DNA of 64,000 nt, taken from positions 17,918,001 through 17,982,000 of the forward strand of contig OX597814.1 of NCBI GenBank assembly GCA_951406725.2, in the 5' to 3' direction. The translations under genes were made by a program, and so were the position numbers. The DNA comes from Octopus vulgaris (Eukaryota). Shown in pieces: positions 1 through 16,072 of the stretch. The notes below the pieces were generated by a model. The model did not search any database, was not told the origin of the DNA, and saw only the letters and a list, made by a program, of their open reading frames with translations. How positions within the stretch are numbered: the first letter of the stretch is position 1; each line of letters opens with the position of its first letter.

Positions 1-541
1 TTTCGAAAAAAAATTTTTGGGGATGGCAAGCATATCAAAAAATACCTTTAAAGGTTAAATTTATAAATAACTTACAAAATAGGGGCAAAAGAAAAATTCT
101 AATGCCAAATATGCCGAATATCGCACGAATCATTAAGCCACAATCGGACCGATATAATGCAGGCAATCATACATACATACATTCGAACACACACATTTAG
201 ATGCATGCATATACATATAATTACATCTATATTCTTTGCGCTTTTGTAATACACACACACACTAAATTCAGAAATACATCGATTATAGGACTATATAGAT
301 TTTGTTTTGCTTTGTTTCTTTTGTTTCTGGTTTCAACATTTTCCATCCACTTCTTTCTTTAGCCTTTGTTTCATGTGTCACTACAAATGTGGTCCGTATG
401 GCAGGCAGCTTAGCTTGTTTTAAAAAAAGCAAGCTTGTTTGTGTGACCTGGACATCAACCATTACCAGCATTGCTTTCAACAGCCACTAAAAATCATTGC
501 TACAGATACCACTATTAACTGCTGCTGCTGCTACTACTACA

Positions 542-608
<67 letters not shown>

Positions 609-1082
609 CTGCTGCTGCTACTGCTGCTACTACCTGTCAATGCCATTCCTCAATGAAAATCCACTTAATTCTAGCTTTGTCAAATAGTTGAACGCATGAA
701 GAGCCAATACTAAATCATATCGATGAAAACACACACACACACTCACACACACACATGCGCGTGTGTGTGCCAGATAAAATACAATTCAAATTGGTCTGAA
801 TCGGTAAAACTTGGAATATTTTGAAAAAAGCGAAAGAACGAGCGCTGTGAAACTGGTGTGCGAAATAGAGAATCTAACGTTTCGGAAAGAGTTCTTCATT
901 TTAACGATGACAGCAAAGAAATAAAAGGAAAATAAAGTTTCACACCATGAAAAGGACTCTGTCCGAAACATTGGATAATCCACTCTCCACAAAATATCCC
1001 TGCATATGTTGTGTGTGTGTGCGTGTGTGTGTAGCTAATCAAATATATTTTTGAGACAGAATATCTATATTTATGCTCAACA

Positions 1083-1215
1083 ACATGGTTCCGGGTTCAT
1101 TCCTACTGCGTGGCACCTTGGGCAAGTGTCTTCTACTATGGCCTCGGGCCGACCAAAACCTTGTGAGTGAATTTTGTGAACGGAAACTGAAAGAAGTCCG
1201 TCGTATATATATATA

Positions 1216-1246
<31 letters not shown>

Positions 1247-1506
1247 AAATATGTATATATATATATATGTATGTATGTATGTATGTGTGTGTATATGTTT
1301 GTGTCTGTGTTTGTCCCTCCAACATCGCTTGACAACCGATGGTGGTGTGTTTACGTCCCCGTGACGTAGCGATTCGGCAAAAAAGATTGATAGAATAAGT
1401 AATAGGCTTACAAAGAATTAAGTCCTGGGGTCGATTTGCTCGACTAAAAGGCGGTGCTCTAGCATGGTCGCAGTCAAATGACTGAAACGAGTAAAAGTGT
1501 AAAAGG
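1083..1506 (+). mobile_element. tRNA-derived SINE family A (internal TA/TG microsatellite), head truncated
   Basis: ggttccgggttc...ggcaccttgggcaagtgtcttctactat...(TA/TG)n...ggcggtgctctagcatggtcgcagtcaaatgactgaaac; highly similar to 37196-37590 and the reverse complement of 16853-17257. Confidence 0.9.
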
Positions 1507-2681
1507 GTATATATTACGTTTCTAATTTAGCTTCAAATTTTCATTTTCAGTAATATTTATCATGTTTTGTACTATTAGCTTTACCATTTGCCTTATCGAA
1601 TAAGTTATACGTAGTGGTCTGTTACTATCTTTTGTTGATGTTATGAAGAGGATGTAGCTCTATAGCTGAAGTCATGAGTTAAATAAAGCTTAACGCTTCC
1701 AAGAGTTGTGTACTGTTAAGCATTTCCTGTTTATTTTGGCAGCCATCAGTGTTGTTCAAATGATAAACCTGTTGATCCATCATTTCTCTGTGCTATAAGA
1801 GATCGCAACAAATGGTGAACTTTCAGTATGATATACATACAAGCATTCTTCGAAATAATAAACACACTTGAAGTTATGACATCATCGGTGAACATTTGCT
1901 TGAGAGAAGAGAGATCAAGGGAGAAATACTCAGGTAGAAGGAATGAATAAGATGGATTAAGAGAATGAGAGACAAACACAAAACACAAAGACGAATAGAT
2001 GAATAACCATTCATGAAAGTTATGCTTTTAAGCTGTAGCAGGTAGCGCAAAAATTATATCTTCTACATGTGTATCATTACCATCATATCTCCGTTCGCAG
2101 AAAGAAATCCTCTTAACACAACTCAACACCTGTCTCATTTCTCACCAAGAAACGGAACTTCCCCTTCAATGGCATTCCGATTCTCACTTCTGTTTCACTC
2201 TTTAAGGCTTCTGAGACTTTCGGCATATTATATCCATGCGGGGTTCTAGCAAAGCATTCTGCTTCTACGAAATATTTGTAATAATGAAAGGATATAACAT
2301 GTTCAGTAAGTGTGATTAAAGTGCCAGAACAGTAGAAGCGAAAAATGAAAATATAAATGTATAAAATAGGAAAAAAAAAAAGAGGTTAGATAGTACAAAC
2401 GATGTATTCGCGATATATTTACTCCCGTATCTGCAATAAAATGCATGACTCAAATACAACTTGGTTTTCTCAACATTTAAGGCGGGGAGTCACGTGATGT
2501 GGTTTCAAACTATGGTTCCCATTCTGACAAAAGTATGTGCAAGCAGTTAAATAAAAGTGAACAAAATAGAAATATATTCATACGTTGAAATAAATATTGT
2601 GTTATAAGGAAGAAAGATGAAAAATTTAATGGAGGCGGTTATAACTCTTTCCCCACAAGCATATATGTGAATATACATGTG

Positions 2682-2722
<41 letters not shown>

Positions 2723-3016
2723 TATATGTGAATTTGTACTTGTAGGTCTCTTGTAAGTGTGCAGATGTAAAAATGATAACATATATATATATATATATAT
2801 GCGTGTAATATTTGTATAGCTATGTATCTCTTATGCGCATATATTCATTTTCCCGTACCTACAAATATATATATATCGTTGAGGTTTATATCGTAATGTC
2901 CGGCCGTGTTTGTTGTATGAAGAAAAGAAATATTTACTATCCTTACTATATTTCTAACATTGAGTTCTTATTACTAATTATTACGGTAACCTGACCGAAA
3001 TCTAGCTATTTGCTAG

Positions 3017-3169
<153 letters not shown>

Positions 3170-3183
3170 TTATTTATCTATCT

Positions 3184-3268
3184 TTTTCATTCACTTCTTC
3201 ACAAAAAGAAAAGCTCTAATTTGTATTTTGTCCCTTCTGTGTTCAGCCCTGCGTGGCCAATAAGGAAA
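3184..3268 (+). mobile_element. Very short 3'-end copy of the Tx1-like LINE, in (TATC)n
   Basis: aaaagaaaagctctaatttgtattttgtcccttctgtgttcagccctgcgtggccaataaggaaa matches the 42133-42198 tail; (TATC)n at about 3019-3183 and 3269-3337. Confidence 0.85.
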
Positions 3269-3273
3269 TCTAC

Positions 3274-3337
<64 letters not shown>

Positions 3338-3457
3338 GTGTGTGTGTGTCTGTATGTATGTATCTATCTATACATACATGCACATGCATATCTGCCTACC
3401 TATCTTTCTATCTATCCATGTCAGTCTAACCAGCTTCCTGCTTCTTCTACATCTATC

Positions 3458-3524
<67 letters not shown>

Positions 3525-4015
3525 CCGTATATTTTAGTTATCGGCGTTTTACTATTGTCGCTGCTTTGTTGGGGTTATTGCTTGTTTTTCTTTATATTTT
3601 TATTATTCAAATAACTAAGATACTTTGTCCTCAGCAAACAAGACAACTACAACAACAACAACAACAATAATAATAAATCCTTAAGCATCAAATGTGAACC
3701 AAACCTTATGTCCGTTTTTCTCGCCCCCTTCTCTCTTTTCTGTGAGTTGGAGCAGCTTTGGTTAAAGGTAAGCTTCTTAATAGATCACTTCACGCACTGA
3801 AGCTCTGAATATAATAGCATAATAACTTATAGAGGGCGCGCATAGACATACACAAACACGAATGATTGTGTACTCATACTATCTTACGCTTACTGGCACA
3901 TTTAGATACAGCAATATCTGAATATACAAACAGACAAGTATGTCCACATATTATCGCAAATATATGCAGTCAAATTTGCATTCACCCCCAAAACACTCAA
4001 CCTTATACACACACT

Positions 4016-4061
<46 letters not shown>

Positions 4062-4653
4062 GTTACTGATACACAAGAACACGTACACACTCGCACACCG
4101 ACACACATATTGCATACATTCACAAACACATATGCGCACGCATACAGACACGCATATCTACACACTCACACATATTTCTGTAGACATGCTAGTTCACGAA
4201 TAAGAAGTACGTTTGCCAAACATTTCAAACACATAACAGCTATTAATGAACACATACATACAAATACATAGGCATAGATACATACACATATCCAACACAT
4301 ATACAAAAACGCGCATACATGTACATATATCCGTGTTCATATATACTATTGCACACATGCAGGAATATTTGCACTTACACACAAACGTGTGAACACAGAA
4401 AGAATCACACACAGGCATTTCAAATCTTTTCAGGTCTTTCATCGTGAAATCACGCCATTTTGTATATTTTATTTTATATAATAGTATTATTTTTTTACAT
4501 TTCTGCTTTTCCTGTTTATCCTCGTTTTTATATTCTTTCTTCATTTTCCTTCTGTTAGCCTTCTTCTTCTCTCCTATTCTTCTGTTCGTCTTGTTCTGCA
4601 TAGATGCATATTATTGTTGTTGTTGCTGTTGTTATTGTTACTACTATTAGTAT

Positions 4654-4694
<41 letters not shown>

Positions 4695-4875
4695 ATGTTT
4701 ATCCTTATTTTTTAGACTTCTCGTTTAAATCCTTATTGGTTGAATATAAAGATGGTTGTTCTTTTTGGCAATGGCGGTAGTTTTGTTTCTTGTTGTTTCT
4801 GCTATTTTGCTCTTGGCTCTCGTCCTTTTGCTGCTCCCGTTCTTTCTCGCCCCCTTCTTTCCATTCTCCTTTTCC

Positions 4876-4910
<35 letters not shown>

Positions 4911-5054
4911 TAACAGTAGTGGTAGTATTAGTACCCGCCCTTATACGTCATCTTTAGGACGTTTTATTTTCCTCTTCGCATATATTTCAGAGGATCTTCT
5001 CCTTTCATCACCCCACCCCCTTATTATTGCGATGTTTGTAGAGCTGACTCTGAA

Positions 5055-5155
5055 TTCTTCTTCTTCTTCTTCTTCTTCTTCTTCTTCTTCTTCTTCTTCT
5101 TCTTCTTCTTCTTCTTCTTCTTCTTCTTCTTCTTCTTCTTCTTCTTCTTCTTCTT

Positions 5156-5186
<31 letters not shown>

Positions 5187-5214
5187 ATATTATTATTACT
5201 AATATTATTATTGC

Positions 5215-5251
<37 letters not shown>

Positions 5252-5252
5252 A

Positions 5253-5323
<71 letters not shown>

Positions 5324-5340
5324 AATAATAATAATAATAA
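5055..5340. repeat. Compound trinucleotide microsatellite (TTC)n-(TTG)n-(TTA)n-(AAT)n
   Basis: Direct reading. Confidence 0.95.
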
Positions 5341-5357
5341 ACCTACATCTATGCATA

Positions 5358-5405
<48 letters not shown>

Positions 5406-5582
5406 TATACGTGTCTGTGTTTAAGTGCGTGTGTGTGTGTGTGTGTGTGTGTTTGTGTGTGTGTACACCTCTGCCACAATTTGCTTTGTGGGCTTTTGTT
5501 TTTCGTCTTCCTAATGTCCGGCTCTGGAGCCCCTGCGGCTAATAAACAATAAATATAAGCAATGATAATAATAATAATGATA

Positions 5583-5614
<32 letters not shown>

Positions 5615-6677
5615 AATGCCACTGCCACCTCCACACTATCGTACCACTACCACCACCATCACTACCACTGTAATAATGCGTGTTTTGTATTCTTGTGTTA
5701 CACTTATAGTATTATTTTTCGTTCTTCTTGCAGTATTTTCTTCCAATATGTATTGTTCGCCGTTGTTGTTGTCGCCGTGCTTGTTATGATTTCTATCTGT
5801 TATTCTTGTACTTATTGGCGTTGTTTGTAGATGTTATAGCAATTGTTATTCATGCCTTAAGTTTTTTATTTTGTTCAGTTCGTGTCCTTTTTGTATTGTA
5901 GTCTTTAGGTTTATGGGAAGTGGCGTACTGAGGTAGGTGAGGTGAAACGATTTGAGGTGAGGTTAAACCGAGCTGGCCCCTGAGCTTCTGCTATTTTCGG
6001 TCTGTTGTGCGCAGAAGGAGTAGCTGTGGCGGGTGAAAGGCTTAGAGACGTGTTAAAGGGTCGAGTTGAAATAGATGTTGGATTTTTTAGAGCTGAATGT
6101 GAATAGGGGTGAAGAGAATTGTAAAAGACAGTAGGGGATTTGCTGAAATTAAAGTTGGAAGTGTATATAGAACGGGAAAATGGGAAGACAGATGCAAAGA
6201 GTCAGTATTTTGAAGTTCGATGTTGGTGAGTTTGCTGCCGGAGGCGTTGGTATTAATGTTGAAAAAGGATTCGTTCATTTAATATTTACAATATGGCTGA
6301 ACGGATACTTTTGATATAATCAATGTCACTAATTATACACATACATACTTATAAATATAGATTCACACAGATACACACGCACACGCGCAGTCGACTACAC
6401 TTTACTGGAAAGATCTTATAGCAATGGAAATAACCAGCTTCTGTCCAATCTGCTCTGTACGTAATGTCTAGAAATTTCAATCAACTGATCTTATCGGAGT
6501 TATCTCCTCTGCATTTTTTTTTTTCAATGGTATCAGTGTGAATGATAATGGGAACGGTTATTGGTTAGGGTTAGTGATAGGTAGTGTATCCGACTATAAA
6601 ACAGGGCATCACTTATATGTACTCGTTTAACCCATAGTTACATGGAAATATTATCGTAAAACGAACGATCGGACGGT

Positions 6678-6731
<54 letters not shown>

Positions 6732-6907
6732 TAGATAGATAGATAGATAGATAGGTAGATAGATAGATAGATATGTACACATACATACATATATATATAT
6801 ATAATATATAAACTTCGGAGTTTCGACGAATGATATTTGTTAATCTGTAATGCGAAGTTAAACGTTACTTATCTGTCTGGCTGTCTGACTGTCTCTGTCT
6901 GTCTGTT

Positions 6908-6947
<40 letters not shown>

Positions 6948-7278
6948 CTCATATATATGTGCGTGTTTTGCTTGTGTACGAACATCATGTCATATATTTG
7001 ACTCAGTCGCTTTTCGTGAAACGCCTATGCAATTGGTTGAATTACATGTTTGTTTGTGGATTGTCATTCGTTGGATGAATTTTCACGTGACCACACGACC
7101 AGACAATAATTCGCGCGCACGCTTACACACACACATACACGCATCTATTCCTATGCATGAGTGATTTGTGTATAAGTATGTGATTGTGAGAGTATGTGTA
7201 TTGTGCAAGTAAGTGTGTAGGTATATGTGTGTATATTATAGAATAAATATATTTGTGTATTCATATTCACGTACATGC

Positions 7279-7323
<45 letters not shown>

Positions 7324-7349
7324 TGTATGTATGTATATATATATATATT

Positions 7350-7382
<33 letters not shown>

Positions 7383-7492
7383 ATATTTATATTTGTATAT
7401 TTTTGTGCATGTATATAGATATATATATACATTCATGTATGTATGTATGTATGTATGTATGTATATTTATACATGTATATTTTTGTGCATGT

Positions 7493-7546
<54 letters not shown>

Positions 7547-9400
7547 TCATGTATGCATGTATATATGTATGTATTTATGTATGTATGTGCATATATATAC
7601 ACATAGACGCATATATCTAAAGATCTGCGTATATACATATGCATGCATATATGTGTGTGTGTTTACACATATATATATGTACACGCACATGTATATACAT
7701 GTGGCCGTGTGTGTGTGCGCACATGTGTGTGTAAACAGCTGCTTATATGTATACACTTGCATAACCATGCGTTCAAGTTGAAGTGTCCTCTGTGTAGAGG
7801 CTTTGTACAAACTTCGGAATGCTTTACAAACATTTACACTATGATATTGTATACGGAAAAAAAATGGTCTTATGTATATAAAGTAAACCTTGTTTCTGTG
7901 TTAAAGTGTGCTCATCGGTCTAGCTGAAGTTTGAGATAAATTTCTTTATTTATAGCTTCAGACTGTTTCTCTTGAAGTAGCCTGCGGGTTTTTCTTTTTT
8001 AGAGAAAGAAATCTTTTCGTATCTGACTAGAAAAATCAGTATATATAATATACTAGTGTACACGAGGGAAAATAACTGAGGTAGATGAACGGCGTCTTGT
8101 TCTATAGTCTTCAATGATAAGTTCGAATTCTCCTGATTTTCGAACAGAGAACTTATGATTTCTTAATTATTGATATTTTATATGTTGTTGTAACATGCAA
8201 AAGTGATGTCATGGGTTATACTAAAGAACATGTATATGATTACGAAGAAGAAAAATAAAGCTCATTGCAAAGTGTTGAGTACAAATAGAGAAGTGAAACC
8301 GTAAATGTAGGCATGGCCTTCTGTTTAAAAAGTTTATTTCGCAAATGTAAAGTCCAAGGATCAGAGCTACTGTATCGTATTTTGAGAAAATAACTTTTAC
8401 CCAAACCTTTTTAGTCAAATTAGACAGGCAGTAACGATGTATATTGTTAGATGAATTATACTCGTTCATATTTGGCCGATTTACAATCATCACAAGGTCA
8501 GGGTCTACTTTTATCGGAGTCCAGGGAAATTACAAGCATTCGGAGCTGGTCTGTGGTGTACAGATAACATTTATATCTTCGTTTCTTTATCTTCCTCCAT
8601 TTGCTTCAGACGTTCTGTAAACCAAGGTCATGGATACTGCATTTTCCTTGTTTGACTAAGCCATGAAAAAGAAAAAAAAAAAGTAACGTTCGGATCTTGA
8701 CACCAACCATATTTTCGTAGACTTTATTTCTTTTCTTTTTACCCCCAACGAGGGCATTGATTTACTGTCTATAATACAACAATGCAAGTTGATGTGGAAA
8801 AAATTCAAAATCTCACAATGATTTTGCTACCACTCTTTCCTTAAATAACACGCTATATCTTCACTGGAATGTATATAAAAAGCAAACATCAAAATATTGA
8901 TTCAACAAATAATATAAAATATATCTTAATTTTCCGTTCAAAAATTTCTCCTTTTTATAAAAAGAAAAAAAAAAAAGCCAAATGTAAAAAGAAAAAAATC
9001 TTTTTCTTTGCTTTATCATTTCGCCATTCTTGACAAACAGCACCTGGTTCTTAATAGTCTTTTTTTAGGCAACAAAGTACACATGGCCTAATTGTTTGGT
9101 TTATATATTTTGCAATGACTTCGGTAGTGTGGAAGAGAGGAGAAATAAGTAAAAATACTATAAAATAAAATAAAATATGAGTTTGATATCACAAACCAGA
9201 AAACATTCTTTTTTTTCAAAAATAAATCTTCAATAGTATCACTGAACATTCTACTGTGTATTCCATAAACACTTTCAAGTGTTATTACTCGGAAAGCATT
9301 ATTTCTAAAACATGCACGTTAGCTTTAAACTTACCAAGGTTGGTTTTATTTTTTTAAGGGCCTTTTTTCCAATTCAGATCATATGATTTGATTTTATGTG

Positions 9401-9470
9401 AAGGTATATGGCTCAGTGGTTAGGGTATTCAGCTCACACTCATAAGATCATGAGTTTGATTCCTGGCAGC
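9401..9470 (+). mobile_element. Isolated degenerate tRNA-like SINE head
   Basis: tggctcagtggttagggt (A box) and gagtttgattcctgg (B box); resembles the family C/D heads. Confidence 0.6.
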
Positions 9471-9538
9471 ATGAAACAGCTTTCATTTAAATTGCACACC
9501 CACAAGCATATTCTCTCTCTTTCTCTCTGTTTCTGTTC

Positions 9539-9613
<75 letters not shown>

Positions 9614-10754
9614 GTATGGTCATCTATTGCCAAACTCAAAAATTCAAAAAGATCCACTTAGGGAACTTTAATTCTATGCTCCAGATGCGAAGACTTGAAA
9701 TCTTCAGGATTGTAATCCTTAGATTGAAAGGAAGAAAACTTTGCGGCTATTGTCATCTGGAAAGACGTGCAAGGAGTAAAGCCAAACTTTGGAGTTTAAG
9801 ATGGATACAGGACACAATTCCATAGCTGTAAGACGTCTTTCTTCTTTTCAGTTCCGAACAAGATTACCTAGGATTCATGAATCCACAGCTCATGAGTGAT
9901 CTACAAAATAAAAGGGGATACATAAATAGAAAGGATGTCAGCAATTTCACTTGAGATTTTGAAATGTGATTGTGCATCATTGCTGAACCTACGGACGAGG
10001 TCACAAAGTCATACACTTTTATTTATTAAATACTAACTAGTGGGATGAAACAATTGACATGGAAGCATTTTAGCGTGGTCAACGTAAGATGGCTGAAATC
10101 AGTAACGGACATACCAACATATGCATACACACTCACACACATATGTTCCATTCTCATTTCTTTCTCTTTTCCTTAGTTTCTCTCATTTTTTGTAATTCGA
10201 ATTGTTTTTTTGTTTTTTTGTTTTTTTTTTTCTTTTTCTTTTTTATATACGAAACGTTAAAAACCTTTCTGCTTGAACGTAATAGCTTTAATTTCTATGG
10301 CTGCAGTTTCGTTATTTTCACTACACACACAAATATACACACATAAACGCACAAACACACACACATAAACACACACACACACACACACACATACACACAC
10401 ACACACACTCTCTCTCTCTCTCTCTCTAACAATATGCATTTGTATGTAATTCTGTGTATGTGTATGAGGATAGATTTTCATAGAGAGAAAGAAATGCGAG
10501 GTAAAATGTGTATGTATTGTAATTTTAGTTGGTAAAGCGTTTGCACTTGCAGTTTACAGCTGTTAGTGAGTATTTCACCTGTAATGCAAAAAAGTTTTCA
10601 GTTTTAGTAAAAAAAATACTCTTGAGGTATGCTGTATTCTGCACTATATTCTAATCGGCTATAATGTTCAAAAGTTATACAGATGGATAATGTTGGATTT
10701 CTGTGTACGTGTATGTGTACGTGCGTGTGTATATATGTATCATTGCATGCGAAT

Positions 10755-10797
<43 letters not shown>

Positions 10798-10942
10798 CAT
10801 ATATACGCCCGTGAGAGCACGTGCTGATGTGTACAATTTCATGCCTATAGATACATGTGCGCGTGTGATATTTTCATATAATTGGTAACTTCACGACAAA
10901 CGGAAGGTGTATACATATTATATTTTTATGTGTGTGTATGAA

Positions 10943-10998
<56 letters not shown>

Positions 10999-11283
10999 CA
11001 TATATAATTTTGTATATATATGTATGTGTATGTACTTCATCTCTTCTTTCTGTTCCTTTATTATCTTTTCAGTTGATAACACCTCACATCTGAAACACAT
11101 GTATTTAAAGTGTGTATTTCGTTGTGTGTTAATCTTATGGATTACACGTGGTGTTTACGTAAACTAAAGAAGAATATATTTATAAGTACAAAAAAAAAAG
11201 ATGCCTACCTTTATTCAAGAAACACACACATACTTATGTAAATGTACATGCTAATATATACATAAACCTACATATGCACAAAG

Positions 11284-11319
<36 letters not shown>

Positions 11320-11321
<2 letters not shown>

Positions 11322-11511
11322 GCCATGATAGATCGGTAGCCACTACACATTCTTTATTTTCTCTCCTTGTTTCTTTCTGTGTTCCTTTCTGTGGAAGAGC
11401 GTAGACTCGAAACGTTAAAGACTTTTTCACTTCCCGAGCGTTATACTAATACATCTGTTTGTTGTCTACACTACCTGTCTTCGTCTTTGTTTGTTTTATG
11501 AATTCTTCCCC
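11320..11511 (+). mobile_element. ~190 bp (TA)n-embedded element with minimal hammerhead-like motif (Penelope-like pLTR remnant?)
   Basis: CTTT-CTGTGGA-A-GAG.CGTAGA.CTC-GAAAC-GTT-AAAG at 11385-11420, then ccgagcgttatactaatacat shared with the 40.0 kb and 49.4 kb elements; (TA)n on both sides. Confidence 0.65.
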
Positions 11512-12175
11512 TATATATATATATATATATATGAATGGCATGTAAATGAGAATTGCGATTTAGAATGTTATGGATTTTGGATCTGATATCCTACCGCTGA
11601 CCAAGTTGTGCGAGTTTCTTCCACTATACCACCGAGATGATCAATGTTTTGCGAGTAGAATCTTGGCGATAAGCTATTCACAAGCTAGTTATGTTGATGT
11701 GTGTGAGTGTGTGTGAGGATAGATGTAGACGTGTGTGGATGTGTGCATACGCATGTGTTAACGGTTTAGAAACCGGTGTAGTTTATTTCCCTGTCATTTG
11801 GTGTCCAGCAGATTTGCGGATTCACCGAGAAATGAATTTCGCCGTAGCTAGATACAGCTGTAGTTCAATGACTAAAGCAAGGAAAGAACAAATGAATTGT
11901 GTGTGTCTCTCTCTCTTCATATTCCTTTCTCTTCGTGTGTGTGTGTTTCTGTGTCTGTGTCTGTACGCGCGCGTGTATACACTTATAAATATATATAACA
12001 CACACATGTTTGTGCGAAGAATATCCAAGTGTTTGAATGTCTGTGTGCATACGTTATATAAAATACATTTGATAGCCATCTGGAGGTATAATCACACACA
12101 CCTATTTACATATTTACACACATACACAGACATACACATATATATTATATGTTTATATATACATATATATATGTT

Positions 12176-12251
<76 letters not shown>

Positions 12252-12522
12252 TGTGTATGTTCGTTCATTGGGAATTTAGTGTTACACCATATGTACAAGA
12301 GATGACATGTGGTTTCGCTCTGTGCAAAATATCGAGTGTTTTACGATGTGTTAGAACACACTACACATCTTTCTCATGATCTGTAAGCGTTAACCTTACA
12401 GCAACATCCATACAACATCAAACTACTTATATACACACCATGTACATGGTTCGGTTTGACGACTATACCATGCGCATTGACACCCATGCTTAAGCACAAC
12501 TACAACATCTATCTATCTATCC

Positions 12523-12585
<63 letters not shown>

Positions 12586-12587
<2 letters not shown>

Positions 12588-12760
12588 ATTTTATTTTTTT
12601 TTTTGTTCTTTTCTTCCCTTTTACGATCCCTCTTGATCGAAAACCTACGCCACCCCCTTTTTTTTCTTTTGTTTTTTGTTTTTTTCATCCCCTAAAAGAA
12701 AAGCTCTACCTTGTAACTTGTCCCATCTGTGTGCAGCCCTGTGTGGCCAATAAAGAAACT
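12586..12760 (+). mobile_element. Short 5'-truncated copy of the same Tx1-like LINE 3' end, in (TATC)n
   Basis: ttttacgatccctcttgatcgaaa...aaaagaaaagctctaccttgtaacttgtcccatctgtgtgcagccctgtgtggccaataaagaaac aligns with about 42050-42198; flanked both sides by (TATC)n. Confidence 0.9.
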
Positions 12761-12780
12761 TATCTATCTATCTATCTATA

Positions 12781-12851
<71 letters not shown>

Positions 12852-13309
12852 TTATCTATCTATCGTTATATATATATGTTCATACAATATGTGTGTGTGT
12901 ATGTTTTATATCTTATGTAATATAACTCCCAATCTCGCCATATCTGTCCCTTTCTCGATCCCGCTCTTCCTGCTCCTGGTTGTTCGCATCTTTCTTTTTA
13001 TACGCATATACACACGAACATTCACACTTTAGCTTATATTTTTGCCAAAGCCTTCTTTTGTTTCCAATGTTCTTGCTTTAATATCTCACTCTATCTCGTT
13101 CTTTTTCTTGTAGATATGTGGACACTTTTTACAAACACACATATACACAAATGCTCACATTTGAACGCACACATGTATAATGCTCTGAATATAACAGAAA
13201 TAACGCATGTGAATAAAACATGTATGTGTTTGTTAGTGTGTGTGTGTGTGTGCGTGTGTGCTTGGCTGTGTGTATACATTTGCATACATATATACATATA
13301 CATCTTCAT

Positions 13310-13455
<146 letters not shown>

Positions 13456-13998
13456 GTATATGCACACAAAACCAATCACAAGCACACACATCCAAACATA
13501 CAGACAGACGTTTGTGCTTATGTACATCAGCCCTTATACGAAACATATGGACGGATATACTTAAGTACACACAGCCACATCCACTTGCATGGACATTTGT
13601 ACACGAATACACAAGCTTGTACGCACTCAAGCATACATAAACAACGAAAGACACACACATACACACACACACACAACACACATACACATGTAAGTGCAAC
13701 GCATGTCTGTATATGGATATATATGTATGTGTGTGATACAGTGTTTGTAATATTCTGAGTATGTGTGCGTGCGTGTGTCTGCGTGTGTGTGTGTGTATTT
13801 GTGTGTGTGTGTGTGTGTAAGTATGCATGACCAAGTCTGTGGAATTACACAATGATTGGGTTCTGTGAAAGTAATTTGCTTGTGCAGTCGTCCGCTGTTT
13901 ATCGTCCCTTTCTTTATCGATTTTCTGGGCAACACCCACCTACGCAATCACCTACTCCCCTCCCTGCTAATCTACATACATATATACATACATGCATG

Positions 13999-14030
<32 letters not shown>

Positions 14031-14413
14031 CACCCATCCATACATACATACGTACATACATACATACATACACTTATAAAGTTCAGCTAATTTATAGTTT
14101 ATGTTGACCGAGACAATACTAATACAAATGCTGCTGTTGTTACTCTGCTCCATGATGATGATGATGATGATGGTGATGATTCTTATGATGATGCTAAACT
14201 CCATTATCATCGTCGTCTACATCATCATCATCATCATCATTATCATCATCATCATCATCACCTCCACCGTTACCATTTTCATCACTGCCATCATTGCAAT
14301 TATCATTTATAGGAATCGTCATCATTGAATGAAAAATATTGATGCACGCACGCACACACACACACACACACACGCACGCACACACACACACACGCACACA
14401 CACACACACACAC

Positions 14414-14490
<77 letters not shown>

Positions 14491-15055
14491 CGGACATATT
14501 TGTGCGGGTATTGTTGCATATGTGTGTATTAAGTGGTCAAGAACTTCACTTCGAAAAAAACCCCTGCGCGGAACCTTGGCAAGGTATCTTCTACTCTAAG
14601 TGTCCTCTAACGTGTTGACCAATAACATGGGAAAGAATTTGCAAGAACGATGTAGATCATCCGCTATTTCCTTTATCATACATAATACTTTGGGTCGTAA
14701 AACCCATAAAAATTCATCATCATCATCATCATTATCATCAGTAGTAGTAGTAGTAGCAGTAGTCGTATTCATCGTTTGAGAAATACGTAACGATTTTACT
14801 CCTTCTCAAACAGGAATTAAATCCATCTTGGAAAACACATACCGACGTGTTCAAGGTTAACAAAATCATTTTACAAATGTCCTAAACATGTTTACAGATT
14901 GCTCTGTCGCTGTATCCTGCCACGTGCTAATATCTTTTTTTGTCATTGTCCTTACAAATGTTTCTATCGCTCCAGTCACAGATCGGATGGATTATAAACA
15001 CATTCACAAACTGATATGAAATATTTTTAGTTCAAAATATTCAAAACGTTTCTGA

Positions 15056-15378
15056 AAAGGGGTTGTTTAAAGATGTTGAACGAAACACCCATGTTTCCAG
15101 AGGTGAATTATTCAGACACCAAAGAATCCCTCACAACACATGGCTATGATGCTCCCCCACTACTTCTGCTCGTGATCAGAGATGCACATATCGTCAGCCA
15201 CCAAGGAACATGCTCAACTGGTTAAGGTCAAACAACTGACAAGCAAATCTGTGGTATTGAGCAGAATATTTGCTGTAGCCCATCTTTTATACCAAGACAA
15301 AACAATGTACATGATAAGACTTCCAATCAGTTAAGATCAGAAGCCATGAGAGCCACTGTCTTGTACTGCATCAGGGCA
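15056..15378 (-). mobile_element. Family E repeat, opposite-end portion
   Basis: Aligns to about 26728-26978 and extends further to ...gtactgcatcagggca, directly followed by (TAT)n. Confidence 0.85.
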
Positions 15379-15451
15379 TATTATTATCATTATTATTATT
15401 ATTATTATCATCATCATTATTATTATTATCATTATTATTATTATTATTATA

Positions 15452-15520
<69 letters not shown>

Positions 15521-15533
15521 TATTATTATTATT

Positions 15534-15663
15534 GAGTGAGCGAGCAGAGCATGCCATCAAAGTGACACTGGGGTAAAATATACGAAGCCCAGTATACCCA
15601 TCATGACTACCCGTCTGATAAGGGTACACCAGGCACATGCATCACAACCATATGTGCGCGACA

Positions 15664-15664
<1 letters not shown>
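15534..15664 (-). mobile_element. Family E repeat, truncated copy within (TAT)n
   Basis: gagtgag..gagcag..catgccatcaaagtgacactggggtaaaatatacgaagcccagtatacccatcatgactacc; (TAT)n on both sides. Confidence 0.85.
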
Positions 15665-15702
<38 letters not shown>

Positions 15703-15747
15703 CATTATTATTATTATTACTACTACTACTACTACTACTACTATTAC

Positions 15748-15787
<40 letters not shown>

Positions 15788-16072
15788 AAACTTAGTAAAA
15801 TAGAATTAAGTCCATGCATGTGTTTCTTTCAGTTCTTTCGTAAAATATGTTTAGTCTCATCTTCACTTTGTTCAACGGCGCTGCTTTAGAAGCACTAATC
15901 TATTGTTGTTGTTACTGTTGTTGTTGATGATGTTCTTCATTCCTTCTCTTCTCCTCCCCTACTTGCTCCATCCATCTTTCTCAAGTTTCTCTCTATATTA
16001 CTTCACCTGGGTCTTGTTTCTTTGACTCTTTCACCTCATGCGTGTCTGTGTATGTATGTCTACATGCCTTAT

